Assembly (NCBI GenBank): GCA_040386535.1
Contig: JAZKFH010000009.1
Coordinates: 1 to 64,000, forward strand
Reading direction: 5' to 3'
Source: Myxococcota bacterium
GTDB lineage: Bacteria; Myxococcota_A; UBA796; SXON01
Length of the DNA: 64,000 nucleotides
Shown one piece after another: positions 28,784 to 40,454 of this stretch. Numbering within the stretch: position 1 is the stretch's first letter; every line of letters starts with the position of its first letter. The notes under the pieces are model-generated. The model was not told the DNA's origin, ran no database searches, and saw nothing but the letters and a program-made list of their open reading frames with translations. The translations under genes were made by a program, and so were the position numbers.

Positions 28784-28812
28784 AGTGTAGGGCGAACCCT
28801 CGCCGATGGCAA
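28784..28812 (-). promoter_or_regulatory. Putative sigma70-type promoter TTGCCA-N17-TACACT
   Basis: Reverse complement of 28784-28812; exact 17-nt spacer. Confidence 0.6.
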
Positions 28813-28844
28813 CCATAAAAACTCGACCCATGACGGATCGCGAC

Positions 28845-29276
28845 TCAAAAGTCGTGGCACGGTTCGTGCATGCTGGATTCGAGCAGGAGCGTCTCCACCT
28901 GCGTGGCCAGGGCGCGCATGGTGAAGGGCTTCCGGACGATCGACGCCACGAGATCGCCGAACATGGCGTCCGCAAGCACATCGTCGCTGTGACCGGTCGT
29001 GAGGAGGATGGGACAGCGCGGCTGGACCTCGCGGATGTGCTGGACGAGGTCGTCCCCGGCGACGTCGGGGAGGGTCCAGTCGATCACCGCCACGTCGAAC
29101 GGGACTGTGGCGACCCGCAACGACTCCATCGCCTCGCGCCCGGACGACGCCGTGACCACGCGGTACCCCTGGGCGGAGAGGTACTCGGTGACGACGCCGA
29201 GCACGTCCTCCTCGTCATCCACGACCAGCAGGGTTCCCTTTGCCGAGGCGGAGCCTACGTTGTCGGTGCGTGACAT
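28845..29276 (-). CDS. Single-domain response regulator (CheY-like receiver)
   Basis: LLVVDDEEDV; AVIDWTLPD; LTTG; RKPF. Start overlaps the upstream stop (TGATG). Confidence 0.9.
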   Translation of the reverse strand: MSRTDNVGSASAKGTLLVVDDEEDVLGVVTEYLSAQGYRVVTASSGREAMESLRVATVPFDVAVIDWTLPDVAGDDLVQHIREVQPRCPILLTTGHSDDVLADAMFGDLVASIVRKPFTMRALATQVETLLLESSMHEPCHDF

Positions 29277-30529
29277 CACCAGTCGTCGGTTTCCCGCCGG
29301 TCGGTCAGCTCGAGGACCGCGGCTGCGAGCAGCGCGGACGCGGGCTCCTCGATCGCCTCGGGCAGGAGCGCCCCTCGCGGGTCGTCGAGGCGCATCGGTG
29401 CGTTGGGCGCGTTCTCCTCGATCACGCCCGGGAGCCACGTGGCGCCGGGGTTGAGGCGCGTCCAGGCGGCGCCGGCGGCCTGCAGGGCCTCGCCGAGACC
29501 GAAGACATGCGGGTGGTCCGAGAGGGTCTGCACGTGGTCGACCTCGCTCGCCAGGATCATCACCGGCAGGTCCGGGCGGGCGGCCACGAGCGCCTCGGCG
29601 AGCCGCGCGCCGTCCCGCTTGGCCCACCACTCCAGGGCGGCGTCGCGGCGGGCGTAGCCGGTCAGGGCCAGGCCCTGCGCGGTCGCGGCATCGAGCAGCG
29701 TCGGCGAGAGCATGACGAGGCCGGTCTCGAGATCCTCCACCCCTCGCACCGTGACGTCGGCGGCGCCACAATCGGCGTCATCATCGAGGTCGAAGCAGAG
29801 CACGGACGTGTCCCCTCCGGACTCGACGAGCCGCTCGCCGGGGAGCTCGCACACGATGCCGCTCGCGGGGCTGAACGTGCAGGTGCCCGGCCGGTACACG
29901 GAGGGGGTCGCCCCGAGCTCGACGTTCGCGAACAGCGGCCCGGCGGGGGCCTCCCAGACCACGAGGCCTGCGACCGGCGGCGCGGCGAGCGTGGTGTCCG
30001 CGAGGGCGGCCATGGCGAGGTTTCCGCCGTTGGAGGTGCCCACGACATACAGCCCATCGGGATCGGCGCCGGGCACCCGGTCCGCAAGCGTGCAGCCGCC
30101 GAGGTCCTGGATCTCCCCGGCCGCCCACCGGAGGACCGCGCCGACCGCCCCGCGCGAGGCCGCCCCCCGGCGATCGTTGGTGCCGTCCGTGCGGCCGTTT
30201 CCCGGGAGGTCGACATGGATGTCCACGAGGCCGGCTGCGACGTCGACCCGCATCGACGCCCGATCGATCGGCGTGCCGACGGCGTCCCACGCTCCGTGCA
30301 GCACCAGCGCGACCGGCCAGGTCGCGGCGTCCGGCGTGCCGTCGGGCCAGCGGACGTCCGCGTGGACGCTCCCGCCGGTCCCGTCGGGCACCTGCACGCC
30401 GATGGTCCGCACCCCTTCGTCGACGGGGTCGGGGAGCTGCTCCGCGCGGCACAGCTCGTCCGCCTCGCCGCTCGGCGCGCCGCACGCGGCAGCCCACCCG
30501 CAGACGAGCACGAGGTGGGCGCCCCTCAA
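29276..30529 (-). CDS. Hypothetical lipoprotein, alpha/beta-hydrolase-like
   Basis: WAAAC lipobox-like; LVLHG; DLPGNG; GTSNGG elbow. TTG start overlaps the RluA stop. Confidence 0.6.
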   Translation of the reverse strand: MRGAHLVLVCGWAAACGAPSGEADELCRAEQLPDPVDEGVRTIGVQVPDGTGGSVHADVRWPDGTPDAATWPVALVLHGAWDAVGTPIDRASMRVDVAAGLVDIHVDLPGNGRTDGTNDRRGAASRGAVGAVLRWAAGEIQDLGGCTLADRVPGADPDGLYVVGTSNGGNLAMAALADTTLAAPPVAGLVVWEAPAGPLFANVELGATPSVYRPGTCTFSPASGIVCELPGERLVESGGDTSVLCFDLDDDADCGAADVTVRGVEDLETGLVMLSPTLLDAATAQGLALTGYARRDAALEWWAKRDGARLAEALVAARPDLPVMILASEVDHVQTLSDHPHVFGLGEALQAAGAAWTRLNPGATWLPGVIEENAPNAPMRLDDPRGALLPEAIEEPASALLAAAVLELTDRRETDDW

Positions 30530-31110
30530 AGGTCGAACCCGGGGGGGACGGGCGACTCGACCCAGCACGCCCCGGTCGAGGCGCTCGCGGGGAGGCACAC
30601 GCGCCATGCATGAAGGTAGAGGCGATCGGCGTCGGGGCCGCCGTACGTGGGGTCGCCGAGGAGCGGGGCCCCGAGGCTCGCGAGGTGCGCGCGGATCTGA
30701 TGGGTGCGGCCCGTGAGGGGGCGCACGAGCACGCCCAGGCGCCCGCCCGCCCGCCAACGCACCTCGAACCGGGTCTTGGCGGGGCGACCGCGCCCGATCT
30801 GCACTCGGCCGCGCTTCCATTCCCCGAGCGGAAGGTCGATCTCGCCCGAATCGGGCAGGGATCCCACGACCACCGCGAGGTACTCCTTCTGGACGCGCCC
30901 GTCGGCAAAGGCCTGGCTCATCTGGCGCTGGCCCTCGGGGGTGCGCGCCATCACCAGGCAGCCGCTGGTCTCGCGATCCAGGCGGTGGCACACCAGGAGG
31001 CCGGTCTCGCCCTCGATGGACGGGCCCGCCGCGCGCGCGGGGACCACGTCGATCCCGACGGGTTTGTCGAGCACGTGGATATGGCGGTCGAGATGAAGCG
31101 TGTTGAACAA
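30526..31110 (-). CDS. RluA-family pseudouridine synthase
   Basis: DKPVG; HRLDRETSG; KEYLAVV; TGRTHQIRAHL..LG.P.LGD..YGG; LYLHA. Confidence 0.93.
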   Translation of the reverse strand: MFNTLHLDRHIHVLDKPVGIDVVPARAAGPSIEGETGLLVCHRLDRETSGCLVMARTPEGQRQMSQAFADGRVQKEYLAVVVGSLPDSGEIDLPLGEWKRGRVQIGRGRPAKTRFEVRWRAGGRLGVLVRPLTGRTHQIRAHLASLGAPLLGDPTYGGPDADRLYLHAWRVCLPASASTGACWVESPVPPGFDL

Positions 31111-31134
31111 GGAGGACGCGTGGAGATTGGTCGC

Positions 31135-33513
31135 ATGCCTATCCCCGCGTTGGGCGCGGAGCAGCTTCGCTGGCAGGTCCCGGATGCGCTCTTCGCGTTT
31201 CGGACTACCGCCGACATCGCTCCCAACGAGGCCATCATCGGGCAGCCGAACGCGACCGCCGCTCTGCGGCGAGGCGTCCTGCTCGAAGGGCCGGGGTTCA
31301 ACGTGTTCGTGGTCGGGCTCCTGTCCACCGGCCGCCTGGGCACGGTGAAGCGGATCCTGGACGACCTGCGGCCGCGGCGTCGCAAGTCAAGGGATCTGGT
31401 GTACGTGGCCAACTTCAAGGAGCCGGGGCGGCCCCACCTCCTCGAGTTTCCGGCCGGGCGGGGCGTCGCGTTCCGCAAGGAGCTCCTGCGCGTGGCCGCC
31501 GCGCTGCAGGAAGAGGTGCCGCGCCTGCTGCGCTCGGACGAGGTGCGCACCCAGCGCGACCGCCGCACGCAGGACGCCGAGGTGACCCACCACGGCGCGC
31601 TCCAGCGGATCGAAGCGCACGCCCGGCAGCTCGGCTTCCTCATCGGGGACCTCGGCGAGGACGGGCACCCCGCGCCGATCATCTTGTGGGTGGACGAGGC
31701 GATGACCGAGCCGGGCACGGCGATCGAGGACGCGCCGGTCCACACGCGCGCGGAGCTCCAGGTGCTCGTCGACAACGGTGGGGTGCAGCTCTCCCTGCCG
31801 CGCGAGGAGGTCTTCCGTCGCTTCGACGTGCTCGAGCGCGAGCTCGCCGCGGCGTTGAACCTCTCCCGCGAGGCCGTGATGGACACCGTCCGCAAGGTCG
31901 CCGAGACCGAGCGGGAAGCCATCGACGCCGGGACCCGCAAGGTGCTCGCCGACCTCGGCCGCCGCTGGCCCTCGGCCCGCCCCTGGCTCCACGAGCTGCA
32001 CGAGGAGCTGATCGAGTCGCTCGAGTGGTTCGACGAGGGGACCGAGCAGGACGGCCTGTACGCCGCGTTCGCCGCGAACGTGATCCACCGGGGATCCCGC
32101 AGCCCGCACGCGCCGGTGGTCGTCGTCCCCAACGCCACCTGGGCGCACCTGTTCGGCGGCATCGAGGGCGACGCCACCGTCGACCACCGCAACATCCGCG
32201 GCGGCTCGCTCCAGGACGCGGACGGCGGCTTCCTCGTGCTCAACGCCGCGGATCTCTTGCAGGATCCCGGGTCCTGGCGGTTGCTCAAGCGGGCGTTGAT
32301 GTTCGGCCAGGTGGACATCCAGAACCCGGAGAGCCCGCTGAACACGGGCGCCTCCGTGCTGCGGCCGGACTCGATGAAGCTCGACGTGAAGGTGGTGCTG
32401 CTCGGGGATCTCGAGACCTACGCCGCGCTGTTCTACGGCGACAGCGACTTCGCCAGCATCTTCAAGATCAAGGCGGAGTTCGAGGAGGACGCCGCGTGTA
32501 CGCCGCCGCTGCTGATGGAGTACGCGGGCTTCATCGCCCGCATGGTGCGCCGGGAGAAGCTCCCGCCCTTCACGCGCGACGCGGTCGCGGCCGTGCTGGA
32601 GTGGGCGGTGCGCGCGTCCGGCCGCGGTGGGCGCATCACGACGCACTTCGGGAGCATCGCGGATCTCTTGCGCGAGGCGGCGTTCGAAGCCAACGGAACG
32701 GTGACCGACCGCGTCCACATCGAGGCGGCGCTGCTCTCGCGCCGGAACCGGGACGATCTCGCCGAGCGCCGCGTCATCGAGATGCTCCAGAGCGGCGTGT
32801 TGCGCGTCGATCTCGACGGCAAGCGGGTCGGGCAGGTCAACGCGCTTGTCGTCTACCACGTTGGCGGTCACGACTTCGGGCGCCCGATGCGGATCACCGC
32901 GACCGTCGGAGTGGGGCGCGGCGGCGTCGTCTCCATCGAGCGCGAGGTGCGCCTCTCCGGGCGCGTCCACCAGAAGGGCGTGCAGATCCTCCGGGGCCTC
33001 CTCCTCGATCGGTTCGGCCGCAAACGCCCGCTGTCCTTCACCGCGTCGATGTGTTTCGAGCAGTCGTACGCGCGGATCGACGGCGACAGCGCGACGAGCG
33101 CGGAGGTGTACGCGCTCCTCTCCGCGTTGGCGGGCGTGCCGCTTCGCCAGGACGTGGCGGTCACCGGGTCGGTGAACCAGTTCGGCGAGGTGCAGGGCGT
33201 CGGCGGGGTCAACGAGAAGATCGAGGGGTTCTTCACGGCGTGCCGGCTCCGGGGCCTCACCGGGGCCCAGGGCGTCGCCATCCCCCAGCACAACGTGCCC
33301 GACCTCTGCCTGTCCACCGCGGTGCGGGACGCGTGCGCGGAGGGGCGTTTCCACGTGTGGGCGATCGGCCGCATCGAGGAGGGCATCGAGCTGCTCACGG
33401 GCCTGACCGCCGGCGAACGGGACGCCGATGGCGACTACCCCGAGGACTCGGTGATGGGGCGGGTCGCGCGTACGTTGGACGAGTTCACGTCGCTGAGCCG
33501 GCGACGGCGGTGA
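31135..33513 (+). CDS. Lon-like S16 protease (LonC/YcbZ-type architecture)
   Basis: IIGQ.NA; GFNVFVVG; ADGGFLVL; KIKAEF; GQVNAL; FEQSY..IDGDSA (catalytic Ser); TGSVNQFG; GGVNEKIEGF (catalytic Lys). Confidence 0.9.
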   Translation: MPIPALGAEQLRWQVPDALFAFRTTADIAPNEAIIGQPNATAALRRGVLLEGPGFNVFVVGLLSTGRLGTVKRILDDLRPRRRKSRDLVYVANFKEPGRPHLLEFPAGRGVAFRKELLRVAAALQEEVPRLLRSDEVRTQRDRRTQDAEVTHHGALQRIEAHARQLGFLIGDLGEDGHPAPIILWVDEAMTEPGTAIEDAPVHTRAELQVLVDNGGVQLSLPREEVFRRFDVLERELAAALNLSREAVMDTVRKVAETEREAIDAGTRKVLADLGRRWPSARPWLHELHEELIESLEWFDEGTEQDGLYAAFAANVIHRGSRSPHAPVVVVPNATWAHLFGGIEGDATVDHRNIRGGSLQDADGGFLVLNAADLLQDPGSWRLLKRALMFGQVDIQNPESPLNTGASVLRPDSMKLDVKVVLLGDLETYAALFYGDSDFASIFKIKAEFEEDAACTPPLLMEYAGFIARMVRREKLPPFTRDAVAAVLEWAVRASGRGGRITTHFGSIADLLREAAFEANGTVTDRVHIEAALLSRRNRDDLAERRVIEMLQSGVLRVDLDGKRVGQVNALVVYHVGGHDFGRPMRITATVGVGRGGVVSIEREVRLSGRVHQKGVQILRGLLLDRFGRKRPLSFTASMCFEQSYARIDGDSATSAEVYALLSALAGVPLRQDVAVTGSVNQFGEVQGVGGVNEKIEGFFTACRLRGLTGAQGVAIPQHNVPDLCLSTAVRDACAEGRFHVWAIGRIEEGIELLTGLTAGERDADGDYPEDSVMGRVARTLDEFTSLSRRRR

Positions 33514-35047
33514 CCGGCGCGCGCCGGACGGTGCCGAGGAGCGCGAGGAAGCCGACAAGGCTCGCCAGCGCCGGGAACCAGCCACCCCAGGTGCGGTAGG
33601 GCGTCTCGAAGGTGGCCATGCGGATGGGCACCACCTCCGCGACGTCGGTGTAGGGCGTGGTGTAGACGGGGATGGCGCCGTGCGGCTCGACCACCATGCT
33701 CACCCCCGTGTAGGCCACGCGGAGCATCGGACGCCCGAGCTCGACCGCGTGCACCGCGGAGAGCATGGCGTGCTGGTGCGGCGCCGAAGTGTCCCCGAAC
33801 CAACCGTCATTCGTGATGTTCACGAACACGTCGGCGTTCATCAGCTGCCGCATCTGCGACTCGAGGATGGCCTCGTAGCAGATGGGGGTGGTGAACGTGT
33901 AGCGCCCCGTGTCGAACACGGTCGCGACGGTGCCGGCGCGGAAATCGCCGACGCCCTCGATGTAGTCGCGCAGGTAGCTCACCGGCCACGGCAGGTACTC
34001 GCCGAAGGGCAGGGGCACCATCTTGTCGTACCGGCCGAGGATCTCGCCGCTCTTGCCGAAGAGGTACGCGCTGTTCCAGCTGGCCCGGCGCGTCGGGTCC
34101 TCGGGGTCGCGGCTGAACGTGCCGCCGCCCACGAGGAAGTCGAAGCCGCCGCGCTTCGAGAGCTCGGAGAAGATCTCCTTGAGCTTGCCCTCGTTGGGGT
34201 TGTAGCCGATGGAGCCCTCGGGCCAGACCACCAGGTCCGGCTTCTGGTCGGCCACGAGCTTGGTGAGCTGCATCCACGACTTGAGCACGTCGTTCCCACG
34301 CTCCTGGATGCGCGTCACCATCGTGACGTGCTGCTGCAGGATGCTCGCGCGGACCACGGGCGCGCCCGACAACACGGCCTCCACGTCCGCGTAGCGCCAG
34401 GCGCCGTACCCGAGGTTGACGACCCACAACGCGGCCACCCCGGCCATCACGGGGATGGGCGGCGCGGTGCCCTCGCGGCGCGCGATGAAGAAGGCGGCGA
34501 TGGCGCAGTTCACGAGGATGACGAGGTAGGAGAGCCCCATGGCGCCGAACACGCTCGCGAGCTGCCACACCCACGGCACGCGGTATTGGCCGACGCCCTG
34601 ATAGTAGGGGAACAACGCCGGTTGCAGGTACTCCATCCCCACCCAGACGGCGGGGAACAGGAAGATCCAGGCGCCGCCGAACCGCTGGCGCAGCCGCGGC
34701 AACGCCATCGCCACGAGCCCGTACGGCAGGCCCCACACCGCCGCGAAGAGCACGACGATGCCCGCGGCGAGCACCAGCGGGATGTTGGAGAACACCGTGA
34801 TGGTCTGGGCGAGCCAGAAGAACAAGCAGAAGACGCCGGTGAATCCGCAGAGGTAGCCCAGCTTGAAGTTCATCCGTGCCTCGCCGGGGCGGAGCGCCCA
34901 GAAGAGGGGGACGAAGCTGAACCAGTGCAACGCGGAGAGACCGAACGGCGGCGACACGAACAACAACACGAGGCCCGACACCAGCGCCGCGAGGGTGCGG
35001 GGGAGCGCGGCGCGGGAGAACAGCCCCGGCGCGCGCGCGGTGGTCAT
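33485..35047 (-). CDS. lnt: Apolipoprotein N-acyltransferase
   Basis: Multi-TM N-terminus; VVWPEG; YDKMVPLPFGEY; ICYE; NITNDGWFG. Confidence 0.93.
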   Translation of the reverse strand: MTTARAPGLFSRAALPRTLAALVSGLVLLFVSPPFGLSALHWFSFVPLFWALRPGEARMNFKLGYLCGFTGVFCLFFWLAQTITVFSNIPLVLAAGIVVLFAAVWGLPYGLVAMALPRLRQRFGGAWIFLFPAVWVGMEYLQPALFPYYQGVGQYRVPWVWQLASVFGAMGLSYLVILVNCAIAAFFIARREGTAPPIPVMAGVAALWVVNLGYGAWRYADVEAVLSGAPVVRASILQQHVTMVTRIQERGNDVLKSWMQLTKLVADQKPDLVVWPEGSIGYNPNEGKLKEIFSELSKRGGFDFLVGGGTFSRDPEDPTRRASWNSAYLFGKSGEILGRYDKMVPLPFGEYLPWPVSYLRDYIEGVGDFRAGTVATVFDTGRYTFTTPICYEAILESQMRQLMNADVFVNITNDGWFGDTSAPHQHAMLSAVHAVELGRPMLRVAYTGVSMVVEPHGAIPVYTTPYTDVAEVVPIRMATFETPYRTWGGWFPALASLVGFLALLGTVRRAPVTAVAGSAT

Positions 35048-35838
35048 CGGTTCCAACGGGGCGCCCGCTTCTCGAGGAAGGCCGCGACGCCCTCCCGTGG
35101 CTCGCCGCTCGTGAGCGCCAACACGCCCGCGCGGGTCTCGACGGAGAGCGCCTCGATCAGGCCGAGGTCCGCCGACATGCGGACGGCGCCGAGCGCCAAC
35201 TGCACCGCCATCGGCCCGTTCCCGACGATGTCCTGGGCGGCGCGGCGGGCGACCGCGAGCGCCGTGCCGGCGGGGACGACCCGCTCCACGACGCCCAGTC
35301 GAAACGCCTCGTCGCCATCCACGCGCCGCGCGGTGCAGATGAGGTCGGCGGCGCGTCCGGGCCCCACGAGGCGGGTCAACCGGGCACAGCCGCCGAGGTC
35401 CGGGATCATGCCGATGCGCACCTCGAGGAGCCCGAGGCTCGCGTCCGCCGCGGCGAAGCGCATGTCGCATGCCAGCGCCACCTCGAGGCCGCCGCCGATA
35501 CACGCGCCTTCGATCGCGGCGATGGTGGGGCAGGGGAGGTCGGCCAGCGCCTGGACGCAGCCCTTGAGCTCCGTGATGACCCGCCGCGCGGCTTGCTCGT
35601 CCCCGTCCGCGATCGCGGGCGCGGCAGCCTGAAACAGCGGGTTGTCCGGGCTCAGATCCAAACCCGAGCAGAAGTGGGCGCCGCTCCCCGTGACGATCAC
35701 GACCCGCGTGGTCCCCTCCACGGCGTTGGCCGCATCGCGCAAGCCGCGCCACATCTCCATGTCGAGCGCGTTGCGTCGCGACGGCCGGTCGATCGTGAGG
35801 ACCGTGACGCCATCGAGGGTCTGGCTGATGACTGGCAT
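35044..35838 (-). CDS. Enoyl-CoA hydratase/isomerase family protein
   Basis: RNAL; FCSGLDL; IAAIEGACIGGGLEVALACDMR; EVRIGMIPDLGG. Confidence 0.93.
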   Translation of the reverse strand: MPVISQTLDGVTVLTIDRPSRRNALDMEMWRGLRDAANAVEGTTRVVIVTGSGAHFCSGLDLSPDNPLFQAAAPAIADGDEQAARRVITELKGCVQALADLPCPTIAAIEGACIGGGLEVALACDMRFAAADASLGLLEVRIGMIPDLGGCARLTRLVGPGRAADLICTARRVDGDEAFRLGVVERVVPAGTALAVARRAAQDIVGNGPMAVQLALGAVRMSADLGLIEALSVETRAGVLALTSGEPREGVAAFLEKRAPRWNR

Positions 35839-35906
35839 CCGCCGCTGTTATCGCCCGGGGGGTACCGGCGCCGCTCCGGGAGCCGCGGGACGGGTTGCGC
35901 CGCGCC

Positions 35907-35942
35907 AAAACGTGAAGAGCCGACGCCTCGCGGCGCCGGCTC
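35907..35942 (-). terminator. Rho-independent terminator after groEL
   Basis: Minus strand: gagccggcgcc-gcga-ggcgtcggctc-ttcacgtttt. Confidence 0.7.
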
Positions 35943-35968
35943 CTCGATCGGACGGTCGAGCGGACGGA

Positions 35969-37654
<1,686 letters not shown>

Positions 37655-37675
37655 CTAGGTGAGGGGGGAGAAGGC

Positions 37676-37966
37676 TTACTTGTCGAGGACCGCGAGGACG
37701 TCTTCTTCACGGAGGATGACGTGCTCTTCGCCTTCGAGCTTGATCTCGTCACCCGTGTACTTGCCGAAGAGCACGCGGTCACCGACCTTGAGGGTCATCG
37801 GGCGGATCTTGCCGTCTTCCAGGATGCGGCCGGCGCCGACGGCGATGACCTCCGCCTCCTGCGGCTTCTCCTTGGCGGTGTCAGGGATGATGAGGCCCCC
37901 GGCGCTCTTGTTCTCGGTGGTGACGCGCTTGACCAGCACGCGATCGTAGAGAGGGCGGAACTTCAT
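37676..37966 (-). CDS. groS: Co-chaperonin GroES
   Basis: [14 protein letters not shown]...[14 protein letters not shown]...[10 protein letters not shown]. Confidence 0.98.
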   Translation of the reverse strand: MKFRPLYDRVLVKRVTTENKSAGGLIIPDTAKEKPQEAEVIAVGAGRILEDGKIRPMTLKVGDRVLFGKYTGDEIKLEGEEHVILREEDVLAVLDK

Positions 37967-38222
37967 GGTCGGACTCCGATGGAACAGGGGTTTCGGTCGC
38001 ACCGCCGGTGGCGGCGCGAAGGTTGCGGGTAGCGGGCAGAGCCCAGACCCGGGTGCGGCGAAGGGGTACACACGCGCAGGACCCGCGTCAACCATCGCCT
38101 CGGCTAAAAAGCGAAGCACGGCGCCGGATCTGCACCATTGCCGATCCGACGCCGGTTCTCCCAGAGCCCGGCCGAGGTCAGGGCGTTTCGATCGTAGGCC
38201 CGAGCCTGGGTCCAGCCAATCA

Positions 38223-38239
38223 AGCAAGACGCGTGCCAA
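38223..38239 (-). promoter_or_regulatory. Sigma54 (-24/-12) promoter TTGGCACGCGTCTTGCT pointing at groES
   Basis: Near-perfect match to TGGCAC-N5-TTGC, in the groES/dnaK intergenic region. Confidence 0.7.
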
Positions 38240-38411
38240 TCGTCGCGCTGCGGACCGAATATTTTTCTCACGCGCTCTTCTTCGGTCCCGTGTTCTGTCG
38301 GGTTGCCGATAGGCGGCGGAGTACCTAGTGAAAGAAGCCACAGCAAAGACGGGGGGACGCGACACGCCGACGGACGCCACGGAAGCGTCGGGGCGGACGC
38401 ACGCCGTCGGC

Positions 38412-38439
38412 TTGACGTCGCGAAGCCGGGGATTAGCAT
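38412..38439 (+). promoter_or_regulatory. Putative sigma70-type promoter TTGACG-N16-TAGCAT upstream of dnaK
   Basis: About 100 nt upstream of the dnaK ATG. Confidence 0.45.
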
Positions 38440-38540
38440 CTGCGGGACTTCGACGCGTACGGCTGTGTGTGTGTCGATTCGCGAGTTTCTAAGGTTGTTT
38501 GTTTCGCATCCAGGCGCAAGTCGGAGAGGGAGGACCGGTC

Positions 38541-40454
38541 ATGGGCAAGATCATTGGCATCGATCTCGGGACAACGAACTCGGTCGTAGCCGTCATGGAG
38601 GGAGACTCCCCGACCGTGATCATCAACGAAGAAGGCGCACGCACCACCCCGTCGGTGGTGTCCTTCACGAAGGACGGTGAGCGCCTCGTCGGCGCCACGG
38701 CACGTCGCCAGGCCATCATCAATCCGACGCGCACCGTGTACTCGGTGAAGCGGTTCATGGGGTTGCGGTGGGAGGAGGCGTCCAAGGAGTCCGGTCGCGT
38801 CCCGTACAAGATCGTCCGGGCCCCCGACGGGCTCGTGAAGATCCAGGTCGACGACAAGGAGTATTCCCCGCCGGAGATTTCGGCGATGATCCTCCAGAAG
38901 TTGAAGCGTGACGCGGAGAAGTACCTCGGCCAGCCGGTGACCGAAGCGGTCATCACGGTGCCCGCGTACTTCAATGACGCCCAGCGCCAGGCCACCAAGG
39001 ACGCGGGCCGCATCGCCGGGCTCGACGTGAAGCGCATCATCAACGAGCCGACCGCGGCCGCGCTCGCCTACGGCTTCGGCAAGAAGAAGAAGGACCAGAC
39101 CATCGCGGTCTACGACTTCGGCGGCGGAACGTTCGACATCTCGATCCTCGACGTCGGGGACAACGTGGTCGAGGTCCGGTCCACCAACGGGGACACGCAC
39201 CTCGGCGGTGACGACATCGACAACGCGATCATCGATTGGCTCGTCAAGGAGTTCAAGACCGAGACCGGTATCGACGTCGCGGGCGACAAGATGGTGCTCC
39301 AGCGCCTCAAGGACGCCGCGGAGAAGGCCAAGATCGAGCTCTCCTCGAGCCAGTCCGCGCAGATCTCCCTGCCGTTCCTCTCGGCCGACAAGGACGGTCC
39401 CAAGCACCTCGAGCGCACGCTCTCCCGCGCCCGCTTCGAGCAGATGATCGAGCCCATCGTCGAGCGCACCATGGAGCCCTGTCGGCTCGCGTTGCGCGAC
39501 GCGAAGGTCGCGGCGGGCGACATCGACGAGGTCATCCTCGTCGGCGGCTCCACGCGCATCCCGCTCGTCCAGAAGAAGGTCAAGGATCTCTTCGGCAAGG
39601 AGCCCAACCGCTCCGTGAACCCGGACGAGGTCGTGGCGCTCGGCGCGGCGGTGCAGGGCGGTGTGCTCGGCGGCGACGTGACCGACATGCTCCTGCTCGA
39701 CGTGACCCCGCTGTCCCTCGGCATCGAGACGCTCGGCGGCGTGATGACCACCCTCATCACCCGCAACGCGACGATCCCGACGAGCAAGGGCGAGACGTTC
39801 AGCACCGCGGCGGACGGCCAGACCGCAGTGGACGTGCACGTGTACCAGGGCGAGCGCCCCCTCGCGAAGGACAACCGGCTCCTCGGGACCTTCCGGCTCG
39901 ACGGCATCACCCCGGCGCCGCGCGGCGTGCCCCAGGTCGAGGTCACCTTCGACATCGACGCGAACGGCATCCTGAACGTCAAGGCGAAGGACAAGGCCAC
40001 CAACCGCGAGCAGAAGATCACGATCACGTCGTCGTCCGGCCTCTCGAAGGAGGACGTGGACAAGCTCGTGCGCGAAGCGGCGGCGAACGAGTCGGCCGAC
40101 AAGGGCAAGCGTGAGCTCATCGAAGAGCGCAACAAGCTCGACAACCTCGTGTACCAGACGGACAAGGCGCTTCGCGAGAGCCGCGACAAGATGCCGCCCG
40201 ACCAGGTGAGCGTGGTGGAGAGCGCGTTGGTCGAGGCCAAGTCGGCGCTCGACAGCGACGATGTGTCACGCCTCAAGGCCGCCTTCGAGAAGCTCACTCA
40301 GGCGAGCTACAAGCTGGCCGAGACGATGTACCAGGGCGCCGGTGCAGGCGGCGCCGCGGGTGCAGCCGGGGGCGCCGCGGGTGGCGCTGCCGACGGGGCG
40401 GGCGGCGGAAAGAAGGGCGACGACGTCATCGACGCGGACTTCGAAGAAGCGTAG
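38541..40454 (+). CDS. dnaK: Chaperone DnaK
   Basis: [47 protein letters not shown]. Confidence 0.99.
   Translation: MGKIIGIDLGTTNSVVAVMEGDSPTVIINEEGARTTPSVVSFTKDGERLVGATARRQAIINPTRTVYSVKRFMGLRWEEASKESGRVPYKIVRAPDGLVKIQVDDKEYSPPEISAMILQKLKRDAEKYLGQPVTEAVITVPAYFNDAQRQATKDAGRIAGLDVKRIINEPTAAALAYGFGKKKKDQTIAVYDFGGGTFDISILDVGDNVVEVRSTNGDTHLGGDDIDNAIIDWLVKEFKTETGIDVAGDKMVLQRLKDAAEKAKIELSSSQSAQISLPFLSADKDGPKHLERTLSRARFEQMIEPIVERTMEPCRLALRDAKVAAGDIDEVILVGGSTRIPLVQKKVKDLFGKEPNRSVNPDEVVALGAAVQGGVLGGDVTDMLLLDVTPLSLGIETLGGVMTTLITRNATIPTSKGETFSTAADGQTAVDVHVYQGERPLAKDNRLLGTFRLDGITPAPRGVPQVEVTFDIDANGILNVKAKDKATNREQKITITSSSGLSKEDVDKLVREAAANESADKGKRELIEERNKLDNLVYQTDKALRESRDKMPPDQVSVVESALVEAKSALDSDDVSRLKAAFEKLTQASYKLAETMYQGAGAGGAAGAAGGAAGGAADGAGGGKKGDDVIDADFEEA

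Noticed and set aside
28855..28870. Sigma54-like TGGCACGGTTCGTGCA on the plus strand
   Set aside because: It lies inside the 3' end of the response regulator, points antisense with no downstream gene, and has an imperfect -12 box. It may be chance.
28718..28924. 68-aa plus-strand ORF preceded by GGAGGAG
   Set aside because: TTG start with short SD spacing, no recognisable features, and it overlaps the response regulator antisense. The minus-strand promoter/terminator arrangement explains the region better, though a small peptide is not strictly excluded.
38433..38492. Possible CIRCE element upstream of dnaK (TTAGCA... GAGTTTCTAA)
   Set aside because: The half-sites are degenerate and ~40 nt apart rather than 9 nt.
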